64,000 nt of DNA from a virus: IMG/VR virus record IMGVR_UViG_3300043395_004689, positions 39,159 through 103,158 of that record, one strand, 5' to 3'. Positions 29,681 through 41,400 of the stretch are shown here, piece after piece. How positions within the stretch are numbered: position 1 is the stretch's first letter; each line of letters starts with the position of its first letter. The position numbers were made by a program, and so were the translations under genes. A model generated the notes under the pieces. It was not told where the DNA came from. It worked only from the letters and a program-made list of their open reading frames with translations, and did no database searches.

Positions 29681-30619
29681 GTGCCAACAATGAAAGAACT
29701 TTGGGTAGAAAAATATCGTCCAACTACCATTGACGATTATGTATGGATTGACAAGAATCAAAAGCAAATGGTGGAAACCTGGATCAAAGAAAGATACATT
29801 CCACACTTGCTCTTGGCAGGCATTGCTGGTGTAGGTAAAACCACTCTTGCCAAGATCCTGGTTAATCAACTGGGCATTGATCCTGCAGAGTTTATGCATC
29901 TCAATGCCAGTCGTGACAACGGTGTCGATACTCTACGACAGAAGATCACAAACTTTTGTAGCACAATGGCAGTTGGTCCATTTAAGGTTGTTTTGCTGGA
30001 TGAAGCAGACTACATTACTCCACCAGCACAGGGCATCTTGCGCGGTATGCTAGAACAGTATCATGAGGGTGTGCGGTTTATCTTTACCTGTAACTATCCT
30101 AACAAGATTATTCCAGCCCTGCACAGCAGATTGCAGTTTATTTCTTTCCGTAGGCTTGATGAAACTGACTTTACTCGCAGGCTGGCCGAGATCTTAGTGG
30201 CCGAAGGTGTAGAGCTAGATGCTGAGACTCTACAGCTTTATGTCAAGGCCTGTTATCCAGATCTACGCAAGGCTATCAACACAGTACAAATGCGTAGCAC
30301 CACTGGAACTCTGTTGCCTCCTCAGGTGGACGATACTACCACCGACTGGAGATTGGGCATGGTGGATCTGTTCAGGCAAGGTCGTATCAGAGAAGCCAGG
30401 AACTTGATCATTGGTCAGATTACACTGGAAGAATACGATGACATGTATCGCTTCATGTATAGGAATCTAGACCTATGGGGCAAAGATGAGAATACCCAGG
30501 ATCAAGCTCTTTTGCTGATTCGAAAGGGCATGGTTAATCACTCTCTGGCCGCAGACCCAGAAATTAACCTTAGCGCAACTTTTGTTGAGCTTGAGAGAGT
30601 TCACCGAGGTGAACAGTAA
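29681..30619 (+). CDS. Sliding-clamp loader subunit (RFC small / T4 gp44-like)
   Basis: LWVEKYRP, GIAGVGKT, LNAS, LDEAD, ALHSR, DLRKAIN. Confidence 0.93.
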   Translation: MPTMKELWVEKYRPTTIDDYVWIDKNQKQMVETWIKERYIPHLLLAGIAGVGKTTLAKILVNQLGIDPAEFMHLNASRDNGVDTLRQKITNFCSTMAVGPFKVVLLDEADYITPPAQGILRGMLEQYHEGVRFIFTCNYPNKIIPALHSRLQFISFRRLDETDFTRRLAEILVAEGVELDAETLQLYVKACYPDLRKAINTVQMRSTTGTLLPPQVDDTTTDWRLGMVDLFRQGRIREARNLIIGQITLEEYDDMYRFMYRNLDLWGKDENTQDQALLLIRKGMVNHSLAADPEINLSATFVELERVHRGEQ

Positions 30620-30638
30620 GGGGGATTTCTCCCCCTTA
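30617..30638. terminator. Hairpin between convergent genes
   Basis: TAAGGGGGA-tttc-TCCCCCTTA. Confidence 0.65.
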
Positions 30639-30641
30639 CAA

Positions 30642-31397
30642 TTAGTCTCCGTAGATTGACAACACTTGAGCGACTGCAGGATGTCGCTCAACGTGACCCA
30701 ATTCAAACTTCACTACAGAAATTCTGCTAGACTGTTTGCTGTCTAGGATCTTTTCAATGAAATCTTTGAGTCCGTTGTTTTCGTAACCACGGTCATGTTG
30801 TTCAAGATCCCCGGTGATAATAAACTTACTGTTTTCACCAATTCTTGTTAACAACATCTTCATTTGGCTCTGTGTGGCATTTTGCATTTCGTCGGCAATT
30901 ACCACGCTGTCCTTGAATGTGCGACCTCGCATGTAAGCCAAAGGAGCAACCTCAATAATACCTTCAGCAATCATTGATTCAATTTGCTTTGCATTCCAAT
31001 ATTCGCGAAACACATCAAATACAGGACGAGTCCATGGTGCCATTTTGCTCATGAGATCACCCGGCAAGAAGCCATGCTGTTCATCAACGCTGACTGCTGG
31101 TCGTGTAATAACAATTCGCTCAATTTCACCTGCTTTTAGTTGTTTGACTGCCCACAATGTGGCCATGAGAGTTTTACCAGTGCCTGCAGGGCCCAAGGCA
31201 AATACCATGTCTTTTTGGGGATTTTCCAACTGCGCCAAATAGTCTTCTTGGCGTAAATTACGAGGCGTAATTTCTACTCGCTTGTACTTGGAGGGTTTTT
31301 CTTCGCGTTCTCTAAAATGGTTTAGGTTGATTACTGCGTTACCATCATACGCAACTTTACGATCTTGGTTATGAGATCGTTTTTGCTGTTTTCTCAT
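30642..31397 (-). CDS. phoH: PhoH-like ATPase
   Basis: GPAGTGKT, TRPAV, GFLPG, YMRGRT, DEMQN, LTRIG, RHP. Confidence 0.95.
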   Translation of the reverse strand: MRKQQKRSHNQDRKVAYDGNAVINLNHFREREEKPSKYKRVEITPRNLRQEDYLAQLENPQKDMVFALGPAGTGKTLMATLWAVKQLKAGEIERIVITRPAVSVDEQHGFLPGDLMSKMAPWTRPVFDVFREYWNAKQIESMIAEGIIEVAPLAYMRGRTFKDSVVIADEMQNATQSQMKMLLTRIGENSKFIITGDLEQHDRGYENNGLKDFIEKILDSKQSSRISVVKFELGHVERHPAVAQVLSIYGD

Positions 31398-31563
31398 CTT
31401 GCTCCTTACAATAAGTATATTGTTGGGCTGATTTCATGCAAATAATCTTAGAGTTGTATGTTCAGCCCAACTAGTTGAGCTGATTCATCGCTGAACCAAA
31501 CTTATTTAACTCAGAAGGCAAACTTGGGTAGGTGAACGGTGTCAAAGAGCTAAATATCAAACT

Positions 31564-32121
31564 ATGCCAAAGCAAGATACCATTTATCAAAACCTAGATC
31601 GTATACACAACAGCCCTAATGTTATTGATACATTAGTAGAGGTTGACCGTATTCTAGATCGTATGGATGTTTATGCCTACGAAAACTGGATCAACGGCGA
31701 AATTGTTGACGGCCCATTTGTTGAAAGGCACTGGGTTGATTTAACCTTAATGTACCCACATAAAATGATGCCTAATCCTGACGCTGCCATGCGACTTGTA
31801 AAAAATGGCTGCAAGGTAAAATATGGACAGGATGTGCTGGAAACCTTTGCCAAGGTCAAGTCACCAGATGACCTTGTTGCCAACGAAGAAACTGGTGAGC
31901 GTACACCTAGAGTTGTATCCAAACATGTATGGCTGGTAAACCTACGCATACCCAAAACCCTGTTAAATGTCAGCGAAGAGCTCAGTGACCTCGATGACAT
32001 TGACTACGACAGCGTTGATGCAGCCTACGAAGAAGAGCTTGACGGAGCACAGGGTCTTGTAGACAACCAGCAAGAAACAACACAAGAAACACCCAATAAT
32101 GATCAAACAGCGCAAGTATAA
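31564..32121 (+). CDS. Conserved large-phage hypothetical protein
   Basis: YAYENW..GEIV.GP, MPNP; TAAATA upstream. Confidence 0.7.
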   Translation: MPKQDTIYQNLDRIHNSPNVIDTLVEVDRILDRMDVYAYENWINGEIVDGPFVERHWVDLTLMYPHKMMPNPDAAMRLVKNGCKVKYGQDVLETFAKVKSPDDLVANEETGERTPRVVSKHVWLVNLRIPKTLLNVSEELSDLDDIDYDSVDAAYEEELDGAQGLVDNQQETTQETPNNDQTAQV

Positions 32122-32587
32122 ATTACGCGAAAGCCTACGCCACGACGATCTTCGTGACCTGGTCAGCGAACTCATTGAAGTTGATCGCTACAAGCCCAAG
32201 CTTGGTCCAGAAGAAAATACCGTAGTAATTTGCTTTAAAACTTCCAGTGCAGAATCAGCTAGCGATTTGGGTGGATTTTTGGAATGGAGCTCAGCAGGTA
32301 TTGAAGATGTTGAAGTAAGCGATGCCAGCGATAAAGATGGCAAGTTTCATGTGTATATTGAAATCAAACGGCTCCCAGGATTGGCCCAAAAAATACTGGA
32401 CATTGTCAAGGACATTGACAATGTCACAGGAAGCCTGCAATGGAAATTTGCCGGCATGAATGGCAAAAGACTCGACTTGACCTTAGGTAATCTTAGCAGT
32501 ACAATAGTTCAAGATCCAAAGCTTTATCTGTTACCAGCAGAAAGCCGGGATTATTATATGAGAATGAAAAACCTAACTAAGTACTAA
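32099..32587 (+). CDS. Conserved large-phage hypothetical protein
   Basis: 162-aa ORF. Confidence 0.65.
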   Translation: MIKQRKYKLRESLRHDDLRDLVSELIEVDRYKPKLGPEENTVVICFKTSSAESASDLGGFLEWSSAGIEDVEVSDASDKDGKFHVYIEIKRLPGLAQKILDIVKDIDNVTGSLQWKFAGMNGKRLDLTLGNLSSTIVQDPKLYLLPAESRDYYMRMKNLTKY

Positions 32588-32808
32588 TGGCCAAAGAAGA
32601 AAGCTTTACACTTAAAGGGCAAGTGACCGAAGCCCTACCTAATGCACAGTTCCGGGTTGGACTCGAAACAGGACAAAGTGTACTAGGGCACTTAGCTGGG
32701 AAGCTAAGGGTAAATAGAATTACCATAATCCCCGGAGATTATGTGGACATTGAAATGAGTCCATATGATGTGACCAAGGGTCGTATCATATATAGACACA
32801 AAGGATAG
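32587..32808 (+). CDS. infA: Translation initiation factor IF-1
   Basis: MAKEE, EALPNA.FRV, GK.R.N.I.I..GD.V..EMSPYD.TKGRI.YR. Confidence 0.96.
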   Translation: MAKEESFTLKGQVTEALPNAQFRVGLETGQSVLGHLAGKLRVNRITIIPGDYVDIEMSPYDVTKGRIIYRHKG

Positions 32809-32814
32809 AGCTGC

Positions 32815-33381
32815 ATGTGGGCGTTGAATTGGTTACCAGATATAGTGTTTCACCTGATACTGATTGCAGGTGTGCTAGCTCTGTTGGCCGGTTGGGCTCT
32901 GCGGATGGTTCCTTTAATTTCCAAGTATGCATTGCCAATACAAGTTGTAGGTGTGTTGCTGACCATACTTGGAGTGTGGTATGAAGGCGGTATTGCCAAA
33001 GATGCAGAGTGGAAAGCTCGTGTTGCTGAACTTCAGGTAAAGGTAGCCGAAGCTGAAGCCAAGGCAGCTACAGTAAACACTCAGGTAGTTGAGCGGGTGG
33101 TAACCAAAACCCGTGTGATCAGAGAAAAGGCAGATACTGTAGTTCAATATATTGACAGGGAAATAAAGGTTGCTGACGACTCTTGCAAAATAACGCCTGC
33201 CGTTGTTAGAGCGCACGATGCCGCAGCCCAAAATAAATCCATTGCTGAGATAGCTGTTACTGCACCTGCTGCCAATCCGACTCCTCTAAATCCACAAACC
33301 ACAGTAAATACCAGCGAGATAGATCGAGCTGCTCAATCACAACCTAGACGATCATGGCGAGATTTCCTACCAAAACAATAG
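32815..33381 (+). CDS. i-spanin (Rz-like)
   Basis: N-terminal TM, coiled coil, VQYIDRE...C; overlaps a lipoprotein gene. Confidence 0.7.
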   Translation: MWALNWLPDIVFHLILIAGVLALLAGWALRMVPLISKYALPIQVVGVLLTILGVWYEGGIAKDAEWKARVAELQVKVAEAEAKAATVNTQVVERVVTKTRVIREKADTVVQYIDREIKVADDSCKITPAVVRAHDAAAQNKSIAEIAVTAPAANPTPLNPQTTVNTSEIDRAAQSQPRRSWRDFLPKQ

Positions 33382-33638
33382 TGGTATTAACACTGGCTAC
33401 CATGTTGGGTGCTTGCTCAACCACTGTTCCTGTGGCTAGAAAATTTCCTGCTATCCCTGAAAGCCTAAATCAAGAATGCGGTCCTTTGCAAACTGTAGGT
33501 AAAACCGAAGTCAAGCTCAGCGAACTCTTAACAACTGTTACCACAAACTACGGCAAGTATCACGAATGCTCGGCAAAGCTCGAAGCCTGGCGCGAGTGGT
33601 ACAACGAACAAAAGCGAGTATTTGACAGCGTCAAGTAA
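33354..33638 (+). CDS. o-spanin (Rz1-like lipoprotein)
   Basis: Lipobox LGAC, Pro-rich, NY..YHEC. Confidence 0.75.
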   Translation: MARFPTKTIVVLTLATMLGACSTTVPVARKFPAIPESLNQECGPLQTVGKTEVKLSELLTTVTTNYGKYHECSAKLEAWREWYNEQKRVFDSVK

Positions 33639-33652
33639 GGGTAAGTATGCGT

Positions 33653-34492
33653 ATGAGCATACAGCACTACCGCACACTGGGGCTCTCTCCCAGTGCATCA
33701 GAAGAAGAAGTTAAAAAAGCTTATCGCAAGCTGGCTTCTGTGCATCATCCTGACAAGGGCGGTGATACTAAAAAGTTCCAAGAAATACAGACTGCATACG
33801 ATGCTATTCTCAAACAAAAAAGCAGTGGTACTTCTTATTTTTCAGACAGCTCTCGATTTACAGACTTTGAAGATCTAAGAGACTTCTTTGACATGGGTCG
33901 TGCAGCCGCCAGGGATGACACTTTTGCTCAATTTAATTTTAGAATGCATGACGATGCAGGTCGAATTAAAAACCCCGATGTCAATATCAGCGTTCCTTGT
34001 AGCCTAGAAGATGCATTCGCAGGTTTTACAAAAACCGTAGAATTTACCTTGCCTGCTGGTGTAGAGAAACGGCTTGCAGTAACCTTTCCAGCAGGCTCAA
34101 CGCCTGACATTAAAATCCGCTATGCTGGCGAGGGCATGGTTATGACACCAAACCGTCCTCCTGGTGATCTTTATGTAAAGATAGAGCTGTTACCGCATGA
34201 CATTTGGCAGTTAAGAAAAAATGAACTTTTTGCACAAGTAAAGATTAATGTATGGCAAGCCATGCTTGGGGGAGTGATTCAAATTACCGATATTGAAGGA
34301 ACCTTGCTAGATGTTACAATTCCAGCAGGAACACAAGACGGCACCCAGATTCGATTAAAAAATCGTGGATTTATTGTGCGAGGATCAAATCAAAGAACCA
34401 ACGCTTACATTTTAATCCATGTTGAAATTCCAAAACTAGACCAACAGGACTTTGAAAAACAACTAAATGAATTTTATAAACCTAGAAACTAA
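33653..34492 (+). CDS. dnaJ: DnaJ/CbpA-like co-chaperone lacking zinc finger
   Basis: HPD J-domain, PGDLYV, IPAGTQ.G. Confidence 0.9.
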   Translation: MSIQHYRTLGLSPSASEEEVKKAYRKLASVHHPDKGGDTKKFQEIQTAYDAILKQKSSGTSYFSDSSRFTDFEDLRDFFDMGRAAARDDTFAQFNFRMHDDAGRIKNPDVNISVPCSLEDAFAGFTKTVEFTLPAGVEKRLAVTFPAGSTPDIKIRYAGEGMVMTPNRPPGDLYVKIELLPHDIWQLRKNELFAQVKINVWQAMLGGVIQITDIEGTLLDVTIPAGTQDGTQIRLKNRGFIVRGSNQRTNAYILIHVEIPKLDQQDFEKQLNEFYKPRN

Positions 34493-34527
34493 TTGACAGC
34501 AGTACTAATGTAGTGTACAATAATCTT

Positions 34528-35028
34528 ATGATAGAATTAAATTTGGTTAAAAGCAATGACCCAATACTGACAATGCCCATGCCTGCCGTGGGTGAGGACA
34601 TAGATCTAACTCAATTGTCCAAGGACATGTTTTTGATCATGTGGAGCAATGGTGGTATTGGATTGGCCGCCCCCCAGGTGGGCATGGCCTTGCGTATGTT
34701 TGTCATGGGCAGTCAGCAAGGTCCCAATTATGTCTGTATTAATCCAGAAGTGTTAGAGGTTAGCGATGAACTAGCAACTGGAACCGAAGGATGTTTATCG
34801 TATCCAGCTCTTTGGTTAAATATCAAGCGACCTCAATGGGTCCAAGCACGATATCGTACCTTAGGAGGTGAGTTGATCGAGCAACGATTTGAAGGATTGT
34901 TAGCAAGATGTTATCTGCATGAACTAGATCATTTAAATGGCGTAGTGTTTACTAACCATGCCGGCCAACTTAGTTTAAAAATGGCACTTGCTCGACAAAA
35001 GAAGAAATTATCTAAAGGATCAAAATGA
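34528..35028 (+). CDS. def: Peptide deformylase
   Basis: GIGLAAPQVG, EGCLS, HELDHLNG; ATG 7 nt after TACAAT. Confidence 0.95.
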   Translation: MIELNLVKSNDPILTMPMPAVGEDIDLTQLSKDMFLIMWSNGGIGLAAPQVGMALRMFVMGSQQGPNYVCINPEVLEVSDELATGTEGCLSYPALWLNIKRPQWVQARYRTLGGELIEQRFEGLLARCYLHELDHLNGVVFTNHAGQLSLKMALARQKKKLSKGSK

Positions 35029-37241
35029 GTCAGGAAGAAAATAATAACAGTCGTATTAACGAAGTTATTGCTAAGGCTTTTCAAGAAGCACTAAATCGAG
35101 AGCACGAGTATGTTACTCTAGAGCACATACTGCGTGTTATGCTCGACGAAGAAGAAATCAAAGATGCCTTAGGTGAGTTCCAAGTTGATGTGGAGGCCCT
35201 CAAAGAAGAAATTGATCTGTGGCTTCGAGATCAAGAAGATATTCGCGTTGAAGGCATTACCAAACCTCGCAAAACTGCAACCCTAGAGCGTTGCTTTAAC
35301 CGTGCTTACACACAGGCTATCTTTACAGGTCGTGGGCACATGGAACCTTTGGATCTGCTGATCAGCATTGCCAGCGAAAAGAACAGCCATGCCAATTTCT
35401 TCTTGGCTAAAAATGGCGTAACCAAAGAAATTATTATCAATTATGTTGGCAAGCTCAAGGATGGTCGTAGCAAGGAAAGCAAGACTGCCAAGAAGCGCGA
35501 CAACGAAAAAATTCTCAACAAATACACCACAAATTTAAACAAGAGCGCAGAAAAGCAATTAATTGATCCACTGATTGGTCGTGAGCGCGAAGTGTTCCGT
35601 CTTGCACAAACACTTACTCGCAAAAAGAAAAACAATGCCATCATGGTTGGTGAACCTGGTGTAGGTAAGACTGCCATTGTTGAAGGTCTAGCAGTGGCTA
35701 TTGTACGCAATGAAGTTCCTGAGGTACTGAAAAAGAAAACTATCTACAGCCTGGACATGGGCAAGCTTTTGGCTGGCACACGCTATCGAGGTGACTTTGA
35801 AGAGCGTATGCAACATGTTCTCGAAGCACTTGAAGAACGCGATGATGCGATCCTGTTCATTGACGAAATCCACATGATCATGGGTGCAGGTGCTGGCGGA
35901 CAAGGTAGCATGGATGTGGCTAACTTGCTTAAACCCAGCTTAGAAAAGGGCAAGTTGCGTTGCGTTGGTAGCACAACCTATGAAGAGTTCCGTGAGAACT
36001 TTGAAAAGGATCGTGCTCTACTGCGTCGCTTTACCAAAATTGACATTGAAGAGCCCAGCGTTGAAGATACCAAGGCCATGCTACGCAGAGTTGCACCTTT
36101 GTATGCTGCCTATCACAAGTTGGCCATTGACGAAGAAAGCATTGATTTGGCCATTGACTTGTCTATGAAATACATGCTGGACAAGAAGTTGCCCGACAAG
36201 GCCATTGACATCATTGATGCTACTATGGCTAACCTTCGTGTAACCAACTGCCCAGAAGGTCAGTTATTGACCAAAGACGACATTCGCAGAGAAATTAGCG
36301 CATTAACTCGTGTGCCTATTGAACAACTTGGCGAACAAAAGAATGTGGCTGTGGCTGACCTTGAAAGCCGTATGCGTACCAATGTGTTTGGTCAAGATGA
36401 AGCCATTGAACGCCTCATGAACATGGTGTATATTGCCAAGTCTGGACTCAAGGAAATTAATCGTCCAATGGCCAACTTCTTGTTTGTTGGCCCTACCGGT
36501 ACTGGTAAAACAGAACTAGCACAACAGCTGGCACAGGGCCTAGGCATGGAACTGATTCGCTTTGACATGAGCGAATACCAGGAGTCGCACAAAATTGCAT
36601 CGTTGATTGGATCACCTCCGGGCTATGTTGGCTACGGCGAAGGCAAAGCTGGCAGCGGTAAGTTGATCAATGAACTAGAGCGTGTGCCTAACTGTGTGTT
36701 GCTATTTGACGAAATTGAAAAGGCACACCCAGCAGTGATTCAAGTGTTGTTGGGTCTCATGGACAATGGCATTGTTACAGGCAGCGACAACAAACAGGCC
36801 TCAGCAAGAAATGCTTTTGTTATCATGACCAGCAACCTGGGTGCTGTGGATGCAGAAAAACAAATGATTGGCTTTGGTGGTGGCTTCAATGAAAGTGCCA
36901 GCGATGAAGCAGTCAAGCGTTTCTTTGCACCAGAATTCCGTAACAGGCTTGATGCAGTGGTTAAATTCAACAGGCTTGAAAAGGAAGTTATTCAACGCAT
37001 CGCTGATAAGTTTATGCGTCAAATTCGTGATCAATTGGTTGAACAAGGTCAAACCATTGTGTACACAGATGGGGCACTGGCTTGGTTAGCTGAAAATGGC
37101 TTCAGTGACACCATGGGTGCAAGACCCATGAAGCGATTGATCAGCGAAAAGATTAGGTTGCCTATTGCCAAGCGCATTATCAAAGACAACCAAACTGTAC
37201 ATACCGTAGCTGTACATAACAACGAACTGCAAATCACATGA
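35025..37241 (+). CDS. clpA: Clp protease ATP-binding subunit ClpA
   Basis: HEYVTLEH N-domain, two AAA+ modules ([16 protein letters not shown]), IGF loop, no middle domain. Confidence 0.93.
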   Translation: MSQEENNNSRINEVIAKAFQEALNREHEYVTLEHILRVMLDEEEIKDALGEFQVDVEALKEEIDLWLRDQEDIRVEGITKPRKTATLERCFNRAYTQAIFTGRGHMEPLDLLISIASEKNSHANFFLAKNGVTKEIIINYVGKLKDGRSKESKTAKKRDNEKILNKYTTNLNKSAEKQLIDPLIGREREVFRLAQTLTRKKKNNAIMVGEPGVGKTAIVEGLAVAIVRNEVPEVLKKKTIYSLDMGKLLAGTRYRGDFEERMQHVLEALEERDDAILFIDEIHMIMGAGAGGQGSMDVANLLKPSLEKGKLRCVGSTTYEEFRENFEKDRALLRRFTKIDIEEPSVEDTKAMLRRVAPLYAAYHKLAIDEESIDLAIDLSMKYMLDKKLPDKAIDIIDATMANLRVTNCPEGQLLTKDDIRREISALTRVPIEQLGEQKNVAVADLESRMRTNVFGQDEAIERLMNMVYIAKSGLKEINRPMANFLFVGPTGTGKTELAQQLAQGLGMELIRFDMSEYQESHKIASLIGSPPGYVGYGEGKAGSGKLINELERVPNCVLLFDEIEKAHPAVIQVLLGLMDNGIVTGSDNKQASARNAFVIMTSNLGAVDAEKQMIGFGGGFNESASDEAVKRFFAPEFRNRLDAVVKFNRLEKEVIQRIADKFMRQIRDQLVEQGQTIVYTDGALAWLAENGFSDTMGARPMKRLISEKIRLPIAKRIIKDNQTVHTVAVHNNELQIT

Positions 37242-37867
37242 TTGTTCGAGATACGCAAAAGCTTTTTTGGAAACAGTGGCCTATAAAGGTTGTTATTTCC
37301 AGCGAAAGAAATTCTTCAAAATCAAGCAAATCATACTTTTTAGGTCGTGAAGAGCGAGCACAACGCCTGAGAAGCATGGCTGATATTGTCAATGCTGTCA
37401 AGCGAGAGCTACCCAATGCAGGCATTCGCAGAGAAGGTAATGTCAGCGTATTTGTTACCAACGAAACAGAACTTGCTCAACTTGTTGATTTATTTGGCAG
37501 TAGAATCTGTGAAGTTTGGAAGCCAAAAAATGAAACGGCAGCTAAATTGTTATTTGAACATACTGCTGATGTAATCAGAGATCGTCCTTGGTATGGACGA
37601 TTCACAATGCGAGCTAGGGTGTTGTTTACACCGCATTTTAAAACCAATGAAGCATTGAATTTTAAAGCAGCAGTTAACTCTCTAGATGCAGAAAAATGGC
37701 ATGCCGCTGGCTTGCTCAAGGATGTCATCAGTTCTGATGGTCATCTAAAACACGGTGCTTGGGGTCAACCACTGTATCTTTACCTAAGTGACAGCGAAGA
37801 TGCAGCCTTGCTCAAACTGCAATGTGGTACAGTTATCGAACGCTTTGAAAGAATAAGACCTCCTTAA
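37238..37867 (+). CDS. Hypothetical protein
   Basis: 209-aa ORF coupled to clpA. Confidence 0.6.
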   Translation: MIVRDTQKLFWKQWPIKVVISSERNSSKSSKSYFLGREERAQRLRSMADIVNAVKRELPNAGIRREGNVSVFVTNETELAQLVDLFGSRICEVWKPKNETAAKLLFEHTADVIRDRPWYGRFTMRARVLFTPHFKTNEALNFKAAVNSLDAEKWHAAGLLKDVISSDGHLKHGAWGQPLYLYLSDSEDAALLKLQCGTVIERFERIRPP

Positions 37868-37886
37868 AAAGCCATTGGTCCAAACC

Positions 37887-37920
37887 AAGCCTCCACGCTA
37901 AATAGTGTTGGAGGCTTTTT
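37887..37920 (+). promoter_or_regulatory. Hairpin with TAAATA at its apex and the SD in the 3' arm
   Basis: AAGCCTCCA...TAAATA(37899)...TGGAGGCTT, ATG at 37923. Confidence 0.65.
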
Positions 37921-37922
37921 CT

Positions 37923-38087
37923 ATGGCAAAAATACACGAAGAATTAGTTGTAATCAAAATTAGCTCACTGCACAAGGACGATGAAGCTGTGGCCACAATC
38001 CTCAGCGACGAAACCGTTTCAAACCTAGAAGCAGTTGTACAGCAGTTAGTTGGTGAGGTTGCAATTGTTGAAATTATTAAGGAATAA
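37923..38087 (+). CDS. Small conserved phage protein
   Basis: MAKIHEELVVIKIS..; GGAGG SD. Confidence 0.65.
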   Translation: MAKIHEELVVIKISSLHKDDEAVATILSDETVSNLEAVVQQLVGEVAIVEIIKE

Positions 38088-38090
38088 CTC

Positions 38091-38459
38091 ATGAGTATGC
38101 GTAACTCAACCATGCTGGTGGCTAACGGACAGCTGGATCAAGTTGGTCCAGCTACTCGTGCTGACGGATACTACGGTTTTGCAGACGGAATGCATACTGT
38201 TGGTTTTTATCTGAAAAATTTCAAAGGCAAGCTATTCATAGAAGCCAGTATAAGCGACAATCCAGGTGAAAATGACTGGTTTCCTATAGGATTAGGAAAC
38301 GGCACAAGTTTCTTTGATGTTGAAGGTCCTGAAACCAAAATAGAAACATTTAACCTGGTAGGGAACTTTGTTTATCTAAGAGCAAAGATTCAGAGAAGTC
38401 ATTTGGGTCAGCCAGTTTCGGCATTGGGCACCTGCGAACGAGTAGTTCTAAGCCTATAA
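38091..38459 (+). CDS. Putative virion beta-sandwich protein
   Basis: DGYYG..DG.HTV, F.G...IEAS, DWF.I, GNFVYLRA. Confidence 0.6.
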   Translation: MSMRNSTMLVANGQLDQVGPATRADGYYGFADGMHTVGFYLKNFKGKLFIEASISDNPGENDWFPIGLGNGTSFFDVEGPETKIETFNLVGNFVYLRAKIQRSHLGQPVSALGTCERVVLSL

Positions 38460-38481
38460 AAGAATACACAGGAGAAATAAA

Positions 38482-41400
38482 ATGGCAATTAATGCATCTT
38501 CGGGAGGACAACTACAAGGCGGAACAGGTGGTGGCGGAGGCCTCACAGAAGAAGATGTTCAAGACATTGTAGCCGAACAAATTGAAGTAGGTAACGATCT
38601 CAGCATCGGCCTACAAACAAGCTACGACGACACTACGGGCAAGCTTACAATCAGCCTGGCTGGTGGTGGCACTGGTGGTGGAACAGCAGGCAGCATTTCA
38701 GTTAAAGAAAATGGCACAGCCCGCGGTACTGCTGGTGTGCTAAACTTTGTTGGGCCAAATGTAAGTGTTACCAATAATGTGGCCACTATCACAGGCGGAC
38801 TAGATTCTATTGCGGTTTATGAAAACACCAGCAATCGTGGAAATTTTACCAGCATTAACTTTGTCAGCGGAGCCACTGTAACAGTTGACAACGGTACTGC
38901 AAATGTCAGCATCGCTGGGGGCGGTGGCAGCTACACATTGCCAACAGCCAGCGGAAGCACACTGGGTGGTATTAAGATTGGTACAGGTCTAAGCATCGAC
39001 GGCAACGGAGTTGTAAGTGCAACTGGCGGTGGCAGCTACACATTGCCAACAGCTAGCACCGGTACACTTGGTGGTGTAAAGGTCGATGGTACAACAATTA
39101 CCATCAATGGCAGCGGTGTTATCAGTGCCGTAGGCGGTGGTACAGGCGGTGGTATTAGTATCAGCGATGTCAGCACATATCTAACAAACAACGGATACAC
39201 TACAACAACTTATGTTGATGGTCAGATTAGCAACTTAATCAATGGCGCACCTGGTGCGTTGAATACATTGAATGAATTGGCTGCGGCGATTGCCAGCAAT
39301 CCAAACTTTGCCACAGACTTAACAACATCGCTAGCTGGTAAGCTGAATATCAGCGGTGGTACAATGACCGGTGCGCTAACACTGGCTGGTGCTCCTACAT
39401 CCGATCTACAAGCATCAACTAAGAAATATGTTGATGACAGTATTGCAGCTATTCCTGCGCCAACAACAGCGTTGGCAAGTTTAACAGATGTTGATGTTGC
39501 TTCTAAGAGTTCTGGTCAGATTTTAGGCTGGAATGGTACAAAATGGGTAGCGGTAAACAACAGTGGTACAAAAGGTGATACTGGCGAAGCCGGTCCTCAA
39601 GGTCCAGCTGGTCTTAGCATTACTTCTGCTACAGTTAGCGTAAGTGGTCGCTTGTTGGTTACTCTTAGCAATGGCTCTGTGGTAGATGCTGGTAACGTTG
39701 CTGGTGTTAGCTCAGCCACAGTTAATGGCAGCGGACAATTAGTATTAACCAAGCAAGATGGTTCGACTATCAATGCAGGTAGTGTAATAGGACCCACAGG
39801 TGCAACTGGTGCTACTGGTGCTCAGGGACCACAGGGTGACACAGGTGACACTGGCGTTGGAATTGCCGGGGCCGTAGTCGATGGCAGCGGCCGTTTAATT
39901 ATTACTCTCACTGACGGAAGCACAGTTGATGCAGGCAGTTCAGTGGGTCCTCAGGGACCACAAGGTAGCACAGGTGCCACAGGTGCCACAGGTGCCACAG
40001 GACCTGCTGGTAATGGAATATTCAGTGCAGTAGTAGATGGCGATGGCAATCTACAAATTACTCTAGACGATGCTACTTCAATCAATGCTGGTAGCGTGAT
40101 TGGTCCACAGGGACCACAAGGCAGTCAAGGCCCTGCGGGTCGTAGCATTGCCAACAGCGGTGTTGTAGTTGATAGCAGTGGTTATTTACAAATCACATTA
40201 ACCGACGGCAGCACAATCAATGCTGGTTATGTTGTTGGTCCACAAGGTAGCACAGGTGCTACAGGTGCCAAGGGCGATAAAGGTGACACAGGTGCTACAG
40301 GTGCTACAGGTGCTACAGGTGCTACAGGCACAAGTTACACAGTCAACGGCTCAAGCGGTAGCGTACAGATATATGGCTTATCAAGCACAACACAATCTGG
40401 CTATAACTTTGAAGTTGATTTATCTAACAAAGCCAACAAACTTACAACAGCCAGAAATATCAGCTTAACTGGTAAAGTCACTGGTTTGACCAGCTTTGAT
40501 GGCAGCGGCAACGTTAGCATTACAACAGCACTTAGTGGTGTAACAACCAGCGATGTAACTGAAGGTACTAGACTTTACTATAGTGATGGTAGAGCAAGAC
40601 TAGCAATAAGTTCATCTAGCGATAGCAGCATCAGCAGTTTGATCAGTTACGACGACACCACTGGTGTTATCAAGTATCGTGCTAACACTAGCTACATCAC
40701 TGAAGGCAGCAACCTATATTTTACAAACACAAGAGCTGATGCTCGCGCAGATACACGAATTGCTGCCAGCAGTATTAACGCACTCAGCGATGTGGATACA
40801 GTAACAACTGCACCAACCAATGGTCAGGTCTTGACCTGGACTGGTAGTGCATGGACACCTAGCTCTGTAAGTGGAGGTAGCGGTGCTGTATCGAGTGTTA
40901 ACTCTAAGACAGGTGCAGTTGTCCTAAGTACAGATGATGTCACAGAAGGTACAAGTAACTTGTACTTTACTAACTCTCGCTGGGACACAAGATTATCTTC
41001 TAAGTCAACAGATAACCTAAGCGAAGGTACTACAAACAAGTACTTCAGCAACACACTTGCTCGCAATGCTTTGGCTGCTGGTACAGGTTTGAGCTACAAC
41101 AGTTCAACTGGTACATTCAGTATCAATACCAGCACAGACAATGTCACAGAAGGTAGTACAAATCTTTACTACACCAGTGGAAGATTTGATACTCGACTAG
41201 GTCAAAGCAATCTTAACCAACTTGCTGATGTAGCCGACACTACGCCAACAACAGGACAGGCTCTTGTATGGAATGGTAGTGCTTGGTCGCCAAGCACAGT
41301 CAGTGGCGGTGGTTCAGGTGGTACTGGTTCAACCAGTGGTGTGTTCCGTGCCGCAGTTCAAGTTGAATATGATGCATCAGGTAACCTATCAAGTGTAAGT

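Noticed and set aside
39559-40330. 9-nt tandem repeats (ACAGGTGCY)
   Set aside because: They simply encode collagen G-A-T triplets.
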